From an uncultured virus (IMG/VR IMGVR_UViG_3300021087_000011) (lineage: Duplodnaviria; Heunggongvirae; Uroviricota; Caudoviricetes), in the IMG/VR virus record IMGVR_UViG_3300021087_000011: DNA of 64,000 bases; one strand, written 5' to 3'. Below are positions 18,201-27,400 of this stretch, piece by piece. The notes beneath the pieces were generated by a model that searched no databases, was not told the origin of the DNA, and saw nothing but the letters and a program-made list of their open reading frames with translations. Every line of letters starts with the position of its first letter. Positions within the stretch are counted from its first letter, which is position 1. Both the position numbers and the translations under genes were made by a program.

Positions 18201-21170
18201 GCCTTCAGAAACCAAATCTCCAGCCCGGACTTCCATCTCGGCAATCTCATAGTCCCCACGCATTGGCCCTTCACCATGAATTGCCGCATAGGTGGGAGAG
18301 GGGGTGACCCAGTCTCCAGGATTTATTTGACGTTTAGCCCTATGTGCTGCCAAGTCCTCCGGGGTGGTTGTTATGCCTGGCTGGGCGCGTCGTAAGTAGC
18401 GCAAGTCGGCGTCAGTCATGATCTTGCCGGAAGGGACGGCCCTGTAGGCCGTGATGATTTTGTCGGGGTTTTCGGCGGCGCTATCAAGCGCTTCTAACAT
18501 CTCATCATTTGCTCTTGCATATTCAGGATCACTTGTGCCTGAACCGTAGAACCGAATCCTGTGAGTGTTGTTTTCCCCCGCTTGGAGGGGAAGCCTGTTT
18601 GACAAATCATCGAGAGTGTCGCCACCCTCCGCGCTCTTGGTGGGTGCCTGATGTCTCCCCCGATATTCGGCTTGCTCGTGGGCTTCACTTTTGGAACGCT
18701 CGCGGGTTTCACGTTTGGAACGCTCGTGGGCTTCACGTTTGGAACGCTCGCGAATACTTTTCTCTCGTCGTTCTGTGTCCCATTTCCTGAAGCCCCCAGG
18801 ATTTTCGCCTTCTTCCCTGAGTCTTTCCGCATAAGTCTTACCCCTACGAGGATCATCTGAATGGGAGGTGGCACTGACCCGTGGCAGGTTGGCAATCTTC
18901 CCATGGTGAGTTGCTTGGTCCCCATCAATATCTGTAGGGTCAAAGATCTCTTCAAACTTCTCTTCATCATATATAACAAGGTTTCCGTCTTTAAAAGAAG
19001 CAACTAGAGAAGGTGGTGTATCAATAGTGTTACCGTTGTCGTATATATGGGCCTCATCTACGCGACCCTCTTCGATATACTTCACAACCTGATCACGAAC
19101 TTGACTCGCGTCTTCAGGCTTGGCGCCATACCTGCGCCTCTGCCCTGAGCGACGATCAGCAATTCTGCGACTCCGTTCTAAGTCGGAGACATAGAGGAAA
19201 TGCATTACCGAAACCCTGTCACCCCTCCGACCATTTCTGTAATCGCCCCTCTCATAAATCGTGTCCCCCAATAACCTTCCATCTTTGCCGGTTCCCTGAA
19301 CAACAACGTCTATTCCTTCATCCAGCGCTGCCCGTACAGTCTTTTCTGATTCGGTTCTGGAAAATTGGTGTGAATCAAAAGAACCCTCACCAAAATTCCA
19401 CAACTTATGGAATTCTTTGTAATCATCAGGGTTGGTATGGACGGCTTCACTTAAACTAGGAACCCCCAATTCCCCTCTGTCTGTTCGTGTAGTTTTTCCT
19501 GATCCGGGCGCACCAAAGACCCAATGAATTTGCTGCACAGGCTTACCGCGGTGTTCTTCATTGACGGCGTCCAGAGATGCTTTGCGGTATTTGGCTGCTT
19601 TGTCTGCTTCTGACAGATCCCTTTGTTCTTCTGGGGTTAGTTTGAAACCGCGTATCGATTTAAGTCCAACCGCTTCTTCAAAAGCGTAGTATTCGTACAT
19701 TAAATCAAGATCGTTATCGGTTATAGGGGCATCAGGCATCTCTTCCATGTCTCTTTCGAAAGTCCGCCGATCGCGACGTTCTGTTCTTAAATCGCGCCGC
19801 CTTTGGAGTCGATCCGCCCGTCGCTCCGCACGTCGTCGACCAGTTCGAGTAGAGGCAAATCCCGAAGGCAAGTCTGGATCCGTCCAGTCGCCACGCTCTT
19901 CGCGTGCGGTTCTTTCCGCTATAAGTCTATTGAGATAATCAGAATCGTAAAAGGGTCGCCGGTATCTAGACGGTAATCCTTGCTCAAGTCGGTCCCGATC
20001 CATTTGTTGAAGCCCTATTTGTGCTTTGATCTCCCTGTCAGTAAGACCTTCCACCCTGAGTGGATGACCCGTTACGGGATCTTTTTCGAGTCGCAGCCGT
20101 TCAACTTCTTTACGACGATCAAACTCTGCCAGCGCTTCTCTCGTAATCCGGTCAAGAGTCTCATCCGGCAAATTTTCCATTTCGGCAGGGATTTTAGAGT
20201 CATTGCCCCAACTCCAAGTTCCTGATCGCCCCTCCCCCAAGTCAACCTCGCGAGCCAGTCGATACAACTTGTCATCTGGTACGTCCGGATTAGCGCGACG
20301 CAACTTCTGCATCTGCGCATAGCCCGCCAGGTCCATTAAGTGATCTAGTTTTTCGCGCGACTCCCCAACAGGATCTTCCGGAACCACTGCAGGATCGACT
20401 TGTGCTGCAATTCCACGTCGGGAACGTAGGCCAGGGACTCGTGGAGTAGCCGGGCGCTCCCATACGGTTCCCTCTTGGACAATCATGTCCATGTCGGCAT
20501 CCCGTGCATCTCGATTAAAGGGGGTTGTTGCAGCAACTCGGGCACGGTTGAGTTTCCGACCGAGAGCCTTCCCTTCGTACAGTTCCTCCATCAATGACTT
20601 CTTCCGACGTAACTGCCGGCGAACCTCACGAGAAACTGCGCGCTCTAGCCTGCGCTGTGCTTGGCGGCGTTGATGATTGCGACCAAAAGCCGTTGATCCG
20701 GTGCGCTTTGCATAGTCGGTCATATTGCTACATGGCGTCCAAACGACATTCCCATTACGGGATACGCGCCTAGAAATACCGATACATCCGAGTTGACGGG
20801 ACCTCCTGCGGGCAAGCCGGGGAGTCGTGAACACATCGGGATCTTCATCGTCCGGAGCCCAAGGTGCGGCTTTGACAGAACCGCCGACAAGACCGCCTCC
20901 AGCGATCGTGTCGATGGAGGTCACACCCCGTTCCGCAAGGGGTTCCCAATCTCGTTTGTTTTTTCCTTTGGAATTGCGGTACCGGCGACGTTGTTCAACT
21001 ACCCGAACGGTGTTTTTCTTGTCTTTTTTGACAAGTTCTTCGTATTCCTCCATGGTTGCGCACGGCATCCACTTCCCGTCGGGGTGTTGGTGCGCGCCAG
21101 AGCAGCCCATTTGTTGGGCGAGGCGTAGGGCGGCTGCCTTGGATGCCACCAGGTCGGTATCAGCCGCCAT
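15261..21170 (-). CDS. giant polyvalent virion protein (2x DUF3721-like, zeta-toxin-like P-loop kinase, ART-like, ParB-like, papain-like, ART-like)
   Basis: GCSGAH..WMPC; GAPGSGKT..NPDDYK; YRA..INPGDWVT; GEGNHRLAAA; GDCY..HAWVE..D; LYHGG..GPGIYTT..GYD. Confidence 0.85.
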   Translation of the reverse strand: MAADTDLVASKAAALRLAQQMGCSGAHQHPDGKWMPCATMEEYEELVKKDKKNTVRVVEQRRRYRNSKGKNKRDWEPLAERGVTSIDTIAGGGLVGGSVKAAPWAPDDEDPDVFTTPRLARRRSRQLGCIGISRRVSRNGNVVWTPCSNMTDYAKRTGSTAFGRNHQRRQAQRRLERAVSREVRRQLRRKKSLMEELYEGKALGRKLNRARVAATTPFNRDARDADMDMIVQEGTVWERPATPRVPGLRSRRGIAAQVDPAVVPEDPVGESREKLDHLMDLAGYAQMQKLRRANPDVPDDKLYRLAREVDLGEGRSGTWSWGNDSKIPAEMENLPDETLDRITREALAEFDRRKEVERLRLEKDPVTGHPLRVEGLTDREIKAQIGLQQMDRDRLEQGLPSRYRRPFYDSDYLNRLIAERTAREERGDWTDPDLPSGFASTRTGRRRAERRADRLQRRRDLRTERRDRRTFERDMEEMPDAPITDNDLDLMYEYYAFEEAVGLKSIRGFKLTPEEQRDLSEADKAAKYRKASLDAVNEEHRGKPVQQIHWVFGAPGSGKTTRTDRGELGVPSLSEAVHTNPDDYKEFHKLWNFGEGSFDSHQFSRTESEKTVRAALDEGIDVVVQGTGKDGRLLGDTIYERGDYRNGRRGDRVSVMHFLYVSDLERSRRIADRRSGQRRRYGAKPEDASQVRDQVVKYIEEGRVDEAHIYDNGNTIDTPPSLVASFKDGNLVIYDEEKFEEIFDPTDIDGDQATHHGKIANLPRVSATSHSDDPRRGKTYAERLREEGENPGGFRKWDTERREKSIRERSKREAHERSKRETRERSKSEAHEQAEYRGRHQAPTKSAEGGDTLDDLSNRLPLQAGENNTHRIRFYGSGTSDPEYARANDEMLEALDSAAENPDKIITAYRAVPSGKIMTDADLRYLRRAQPGITTTPEDLAAHRAKRQINPGDWVTPSPTYAAIHGEGPMRGDYEIAEMEVRAGDLVSEGNSLYEFGYDPGSPPDPDPRDHPSWFDYEDFDDPNYYGDEDAYGDEDGFKSRRGGDPRVQKVARLESSEWNKYYGEETRKVADALGIDVTDPRYPHPGAVATLYDYGREESDVELVPIEFFDDMPGNIGAAASNDGNGDAYALAGEIREFESDPDVAILTEMTQTELVKSVGRVGILSPLIGHYDYETGDLVLGEGNHRLAAAREVGMTVVPIRFTQLRGQDVRAGARKQIQTLSKNKHGPVLPNGNQLSISFKPSDIGIPTHDLHETPEFEKLKQLRKGRNSAIMENIDRRNELKKRATQEALDSGSTREEAHAAGKEAWGSEKDRWLSSPEEPEEGESLQNAYRRHLKLKGIQTDGEQAFEEQYGYEMRSGDGDCYSAAYSAAAELAEKGVDVDGDPIENIRVVVGSPVFPKVGERSGHAWVEYEVVKPPPPVMSSADRDKAKEQILELVETMDLPPKQKQSTIDSFTDAIDRANEANASMPARNVTMVRDYSNVKDTEGELLEAKRPDMTRDSYYEAGELGEADISGRFTPAEYEETQVSLFGDEFYDGTATFLTREQVDQHLDDMGIDGLASKRTDAEDSEEEQIYQQGMEALTSIFNEAELHQSNDDIDALTNALFSTPMGYFGNLKPLSPETLDAVRELVEERDPEFLEELAEARHVRTTVNGFRRLVHSGLDSGVGDHGPDIVSNAWDMNKATTPGTPITLYHGGPIDLTGDVEYEVSRNDSGQWGPGIYTTSSAFPAIKGWANPWERTWVEGESGYPEPGPIKTVPKHLHTTKWKGENPPQILDAEESLPDDVLDEVVLPTLHGLGEEVAHAIVTGDGRWRQAYAWIGEDLDELVEDIARKRDGLNGGRDALTGRETLLWIQTFLQTNEMGPEQGGKGWNEEGFLPSERIQHIRKQINARIKDLGYDVIKSHEKGIRDMDRTDYLFLDPDMVEFVDVAPMESLGGFGNMGSVEMNKIVHARKKDRKTLEEAS
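18674..18752 (-). repeat. 24-bp in-frame tandem repeat, about 3.3 copies
   Basis: GCTCGYGGGYTTCACKTTTGGAAC units encoding ERSKRE(A/T)(H/R). Confidence 0.9.
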
Positions 21171-21175
21171 TGCGA

Positions 21176-21484
21176 TTAGCCGCCTTGAATTTTGGCAGCA
21201 GCCTGTTTCGCGGCCTCTGAATCATTTGGATACCGCTTCATGTACATGCGGGCTTCTTCGATTTCATCGGCCCACTTTTGCATTACTTCAGCGTATGGAT
21301 CATCTTCTTGATCATCGATTGCGTGTATGAATTCGTGAGCGAACTGTTGCCGTTGTTCACTATTGATAGAGAACGGTGGAAATTCAAGTAGGTGTGACAG
21401 TTCCCTATGGGTTTCAACCAGTTCAGCCCTGCGGGCATCTTCTGCGTCCATCTCTTCACGAGTCATATCCAGTGTGTACTTCAT
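21176..21484 (-). CDS. hypothetical protein
   Basis: 102-aa ORF translationally coupled to its neighbours. Confidence 0.75.
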   Translation of the reverse strand: MKYTLDMTREEMDAEDARRAELVETHRELSHLLEFPPFSINSEQRQQFAHEFIHAIDDQEDDPYAEVMQKWADEIEEARMYMKRYPNDSEAAKQAAAKIQGG

Positions 21485-24400
21485 CGGAAATCACCATATT
21501 CTGGGATTAATTCTCTCAGGCGAGCCTGGTCAAGTTTCCCTTGTTTAGCCAGTTTTTCAATTATTTGAGTTGCTTCTCCACCACTAACCGGGTGATCTAG
21601 TACAGCCAGCGCGGATCGATTGGAAACACTAATGACACCACCGTGTCGTTGAACCGCGTCATACCCATAGATTGGCATGGTATCGAAGAGGAAATGTTCG
21701 CCATCGCCCACTGATTCTGATAGCCCCCCAAGGAAACTCCACGCCAGTTCCATTTGCTGCGAATCAATGTCTCCGGAATCATGTAGGTCAAGGACCTGAT
21801 CAACAATTGACCCGAATTCTGTTTCCCTCCAACTGGCTCCCATGGGCCTACTTCCGGGTGTCGTGCTGTTTATAGAGAAGCCTGTACCGGTAGCCGTGCT
21901 GTGGCTGGGGTTGTTGGGGTCTTGAGGGTTGCGATCTTTATTTCTATTTGGAACCGTCAGTGTTCCGGCTTTTTCTGCTGCATCAAGGGCCGCGCGCACT
22001 GCGATAGCAAAGTTGTCTGGGTCATTTTTGATCGAACTGGGGGCTTCAGTGTCGATAAGCCCTGCCCCACTGAGAGTCTCGGTGATTGATGTGGACTCAT
22101 CGTGAATGTCGGTGAGTTTGCGCCAACCAACAAGTCTGGTTTCAGGCGTAATAAATGACAGGGCACCCTTTCCATAACCGCCATAAAGGTTGCCCTTGGG
22201 TGCTTCTGATCCGTCGACCATGACGGGAGGTTCTGCGTGGTTTTCCCCAGCAGCGTGTCCTTCCCCTCCGGCACCAGGAACATAACGCTGAACAAGATGT
22301 GTCCACTGTTCCCAGTAAACTTCACCTTCTTCGCCGTTCTTTCCGCGGCCCATGCCACGTTGGATGGGCTTGAACCCCTCGCGAAGCCTGAAGGCTCCCG
22401 GGTTGTCTGGATCTGGTTCAAACGCTATTTCTTGAAGTTCATCTGCTGTAACCAGTTCCGGAATAGCACTGTGCCCGGAGTGGAACCAAGAGGCATCGAG
22501 AACTTCATCACGGATACTGCGCCCGCTTTTGCCGGCTTTGGCATAACCACTACTCTTGCCCTTGTTTCTCTTGAGGTCACGCTTTTCTTCTCCGCGCCTG
22601 ACTTTAGCGAGGAAGGCCAGTCGGTCAATGAAACCAGCGTCAACGGTCAAGGTGCCTTCGGCTTGCTCCCACTGTTCTAGGTCATCACCAGTGCCGGCAA
22701 ATGCCGTTGAAGCACCCGCGCCACCAATTGGTCTATCGGTGTCACGGATTCCCGTGGTTCGCTTGTCCCTAATCCTGTCGAGTCGTTCCCTACTGGTGAG
22801 TCTTCCAAGTTTCTTTGCGACCTTTTTGGCTTTCTTGAGTTCTTTTCTTTCTTCTCGGTCCAGTCTTGTATCCCAAGGGTTGACAACCTTCGTTGGTCGC
22901 AACGAAGCACCGGAGCCACCTTGTTGGGCAGCGCGCCTTCTAGCGGCTGCTTCTTGCCTGCGCCTCCAAGCAGCAACTGCACCTGGGGCCAAGATGGATG
23001 TACCGAGCCGTTCAACGGCTTCTGCCCTCCGCTGCCTGCGTGGGCGCTGATCTGCAGCACCTGAACCACTTGGCTTTTCCCTGAATTTCCTACTCCGCCG
23101 CTTAACGGCTTTTTTGTAATCTTCTTCGGAATCTTCACCGCCGAGGGCTTTCCAGATTGTTGAATTTTTGCCACCTCGACCACTAGCGGTAACACCCTTG
23201 ACTTTTTCTGGGAAGGTTTGATCTTTGGAGCGTGCAATTTCGAGAAGCCGCCTACGGGCCTCAGGGTGAAGTTGCTCCAATGCCTCATAGTTGCCGCTTC
23301 GTTTCATCTGATGAAGGACCTGTAGAGAATCCAACTGCCTTCTCTTGGTGGTAATACGTTTGCCGACATTGCCCCCCATGTAATCGAGCATTTGAACTTG
23401 AATGATGTTTTCAAGAACCCTTACAGCCTCGTCGGCATCTCTACCCATGGTGGCAAGGTTCCATTCAACCATTGGTGGAGCCGAATCACCTTTAGCGATG
23501 TGTCCTCCGGCAGCCATGGCTTCGGCAATCACATCACTAAACAGGTACTTGTAGGATTGATCCCTGTTGAGGTTTCCACCCATGATGCCACCGTCGAAAG
23601 TGTCGGCTCGGGACTTTTTGTCTGATCGGCCAACCATTAGTTCTTCTTCGAGTTGGTCAACGGCCTCAGTAATGGCCTGAGTGTGTGCTGGAGACATGTC
23701 CCCAGCATTGTCAGTAAGTGAATCCCAAATTTCTCCGTCATTTGTGCCGGCTTGTCGTGGACCCTCATCCCGTGAATAAAGACTCGGGATGGTCTGCGTC
23801 ATGTCACCGTCATCGCGGCGCCGTCTGGAAGCCAAACCGAGTGGGCGAGCAGCGCGTTCCGTTGTAGCGGTGCGCATGCGAGCGCGAGAAGGTTCACGTT
23901 GTGGGGTCAACCTCCCAGGGCTGACAGTGCGTCGTTCTGTGTCGGTTATTTCTCCACCTTCGGACCAGAAACGTTGATCTGTCCTTCTACGGGCCAGTCG
24001 CGTATCAGGGTTCGACCAAGGCGCGCCCTGCCTGGTTGACCGAAGTCCGCGATCGCGGGCTTGCTCGATGGTCGCCAACTGCTGTTGGGCGAGTTTGTTG
24101 ATCTTCTTTTTGTCGGGCTTGTCTTTTCCGCGTTCTGTCCCTATTTGTTCAGCAAGTTCAGCAAGCGTATTTTCGGCCTCTTCGCGGGCTCTAGTCCATT
24201 CCGCATCCCAGTCATCTGTTGTGCGAGTGGAGCGCCAACCAAATTTGGCAACACGTCCCTTACCCATCGCTTCGCCAAGTTGTTCGCGAAGTTCTGCTTC
24301 TTCCTCCTGGAATGGTCGTACCTGTTTCCGGAGACGATGGATGGCCCTGCTGTCTCCCTCTTCTTGAGCCGCAGCAATCCGTTCGAACAGGGGTTTGATT

Positions 24401-27400
24401 TGTTGATCACGAACTGAGTCAATCCGACTATTGAGAGAGTTGACCTTGGCCTGATCTACCTTGGGTTCTTCTTCTGGTGCTTCTGGTGCCCGTTGGGAGC
24501 GCCAGCCGTCCCTGTATACCGCTTGCCTTGTTCCCGGGCCATCGGAGGTGTAATCCCATGGCGCGCCACCATCTGGACGATCGTCGTAGTCGTCGTCGGG
24601 GTCCGGTGGTTCGAAGTCATCGACCTCAATCGGGTTGCCGTCTTCGTCGTAGTTCTCGTCGTCGTCGTCAGGGCCACCCGACCCAGATTCCAGCCACCGG
24701 TCGTAACGATTGTCCTCGCCTCTGGAGGATTGCAGGCCGCCCTCATCCGGGCTTCGAAGGTGGGTAACTTCCCGGCTTCGGACCTCTTCTGGATCCATGT
24801 TGAACCGTTGGGCTGCCTCATCCAGAGACATCCCCCTCATTCGAGCCTCGGCAATACGCCGGTTTAGGTTCGGTTGGGCATCGTGTTTATCTTGACCCGA
24901 CAATGAATTAGCGTGAGTAACTTCACGCATCCGAACTTCAGATCGATCCATGTCATATTTTTCGGCAGCCTCTTCAAGAGACATGCGGTCACGCACACGG
25001 TCTTCGTAAATGCGTTTATTGAGATTTGGTTGGGCGTTATACCTCTCCTGGCCGGAGAGCAGATCCATGTGTTCTACTTCGCGGCGACGGACTTCGAGGC
25101 GGTCCATGTCATATTTGTCAGCGACCTGATCAAATGTCATCGGTGACATGCGGTCATTGAAGACGGCTTCGTTGAGTTTCTCGTTTCGAACGATTGGGTC
25201 GCTGAACTCTTCGGTGGGGGTGGGATTGTCTGGATCCCGGTCAACGAATGAACGGAACCCTTCGTTGCGGCCCCATTCAATTTCTTCCAGCGCTCGCCGG
25301 CCTGCTTCTTCGAGTTCGTTGCCCCTTGTATATTCTTCTTGTCTCATCTCATCCGTCATGCGGTTGAGTGATTCTTCGATCCGTTGATCCGTCATGTCGC
25401 GGATTTCGTTTTGGATCTCGTTCCAGTCGTCCGGATCTTGGTCGTAGTTGGATGCTGGCCCGTCGTCCGGCGGTTCCCAGTCGGGATCAATTATGTCTTC
25501 AGAAGTTCCATCTGATCGCATTTGGCGAACCATGCGAGGTGGGTCATCATCTCCAGATCCTCGGCGTGAATTCCTCGTCCTCTCCCTCCAACTGGCAAGT
25601 TCTGTTTGAATTTCCCTCCAGTCATTTGGATCGTTTGGATTATCCAGATCATCGCGCTGAGACCTAAGCCCGGAGTCATTTCTAGACAGCCGGTCGAGAC
25701 GATCTTCCAACTCAGTCGATTTTCCCCAAAATACTTGTGGATCCGTTGCTGATGTTTTAAGGTCTTTGATCGCGTCTTCAAACCATTCGAGTTTTTCCTT
25801 GGGGAGCATGTCTAGAAGTATCGCGTGTGTTTCTTCATGTCTCCGTATTGCGCGATCTTCTTCAGTGATGAAATCCATCGTCATTGGAAGAGGTCCGCCA
25901 CCACGTCGCCCATTGGCATAGTGAGGCCACCGTTTGGCCCCTTCGTCGGTGTAGTTGTGCATTGACCATCTTTTAAGACCTCTGGTGGTTCCATTCAGGT
26001 GGCCACCCGGGCCGCGTTCAGAATCGGTGTATGTGCCCCCATTGTCTGCACGCATATTTTCAGGTGGGATGGCTCCAAGCCAACCACCAGTTGTTGCCAG
26101 ATCTTCCCAAATCATTTCTCGGGTAACCTCAACCGGTCCACGCCCATCGCCACGGTCAACCGTTTCGCCCAACCCAAGTATGTTGCCCAGCCATGTTTCC
26201 GTGTTCTTATGGGCTTGATCCTGTGTCGATGCGCTCTTGGAGCCGGGAGAATTCTTCCGAACAATTCCGTCGAGACCGTCACCGCCGCCGGCCAACGTTG
26301 ATTCATGAATAGGCATGCTGTTGCTGGCCATGGCCCCTTTGATGCCGGTCCAATGCTTTTCATCCATGATGTCGAGTTCTCTTGGCTCGATGTGACGACT
26401 CTTGTCGGCCATAAACTCGGGTAGGGTTTGTTTTCCTTTTTTCGTTTTACTAATTTTCCTGTAGGCGTTTGTGTGGATTATCTCAATGGCGTCTGTGAGC
26501 ACCTTTTCTGGCATCGTGGGGGGTAAATTGTGCTCTTCGCGGGTTCTAATACCCTTGGTGCTTGATGGTGCCGTAGAGAGACCCTTTTCAATCGCCCTCA
26601 TTTTGGTGTTGGCCGTTACACGATCCGGAGCAATAACTTCTCCAGCATGTCCAGCCTGGTTGACGCCGAAAAACGCCCATCCGTTGGCCGTTAAACGGTC
26701 ATACAGTTCCCCACCATTCCCCGGGAAATGTTCGTTCTTTGCGTTACTGCCTGCCTGCAGTGTGGCTGACCCTTGATTCTTGATGGGTGTTTCAAATGAC
26801 GAGGTTACGAGTGTGTCATCTGGGTTGTCCCCATCGACGTGTCTGGCGGCAGTGGTGTTGCGATTATTTACATCGTCTACAATTTCTCGTCCTAGTCGAG
26901 TGGATTGAAAACCCCCACCATCTCGCATGTGACCGCCGTATTTGCGTTCCCATTTAAGATTTCGTATTCCGCCATCTGCAGTGATACTGAGACTTGGAGT
27001 CTGGTCGTCATCACGCAGGGCTCCCGCTACCGTGCGGGGATTACTCAAGTTTTCTAGGTGTGTACTGGCATTGTCCCAAGCATTGCTGAAATCTAGGTAG
27101 GAGGTACCTGTGCCTTCTTCCCGCCCCATGTCGTCGTTGTGTTCATCAACCTCACCTATGAGATCTCTTATCTCTTTATGGGTGTAACCGTTTTCGTGGA
27201 CTAGTTCGCCGAATGGCACATCGACCAACTTGCCCCACCTGTCATCCGTTTCGTCCCAGTCCAGAGTCTCGGTGGCGATGATGTCGTCCATTTCGCCTTT
27301 TAGACCATCTGGATTTTCTACCCAACTCTGCTTTTTGAAGTCACTGCCGTAGGAGTCTGAGATCATGTCGTCTGCAATGACATCGCTTATTCGTCGCGGC

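Noticed and set aside
18674..18752. 24-bp repeats as a CRISPR or guide array
   Set aside because: No spacers; it is an in-frame coding repeat
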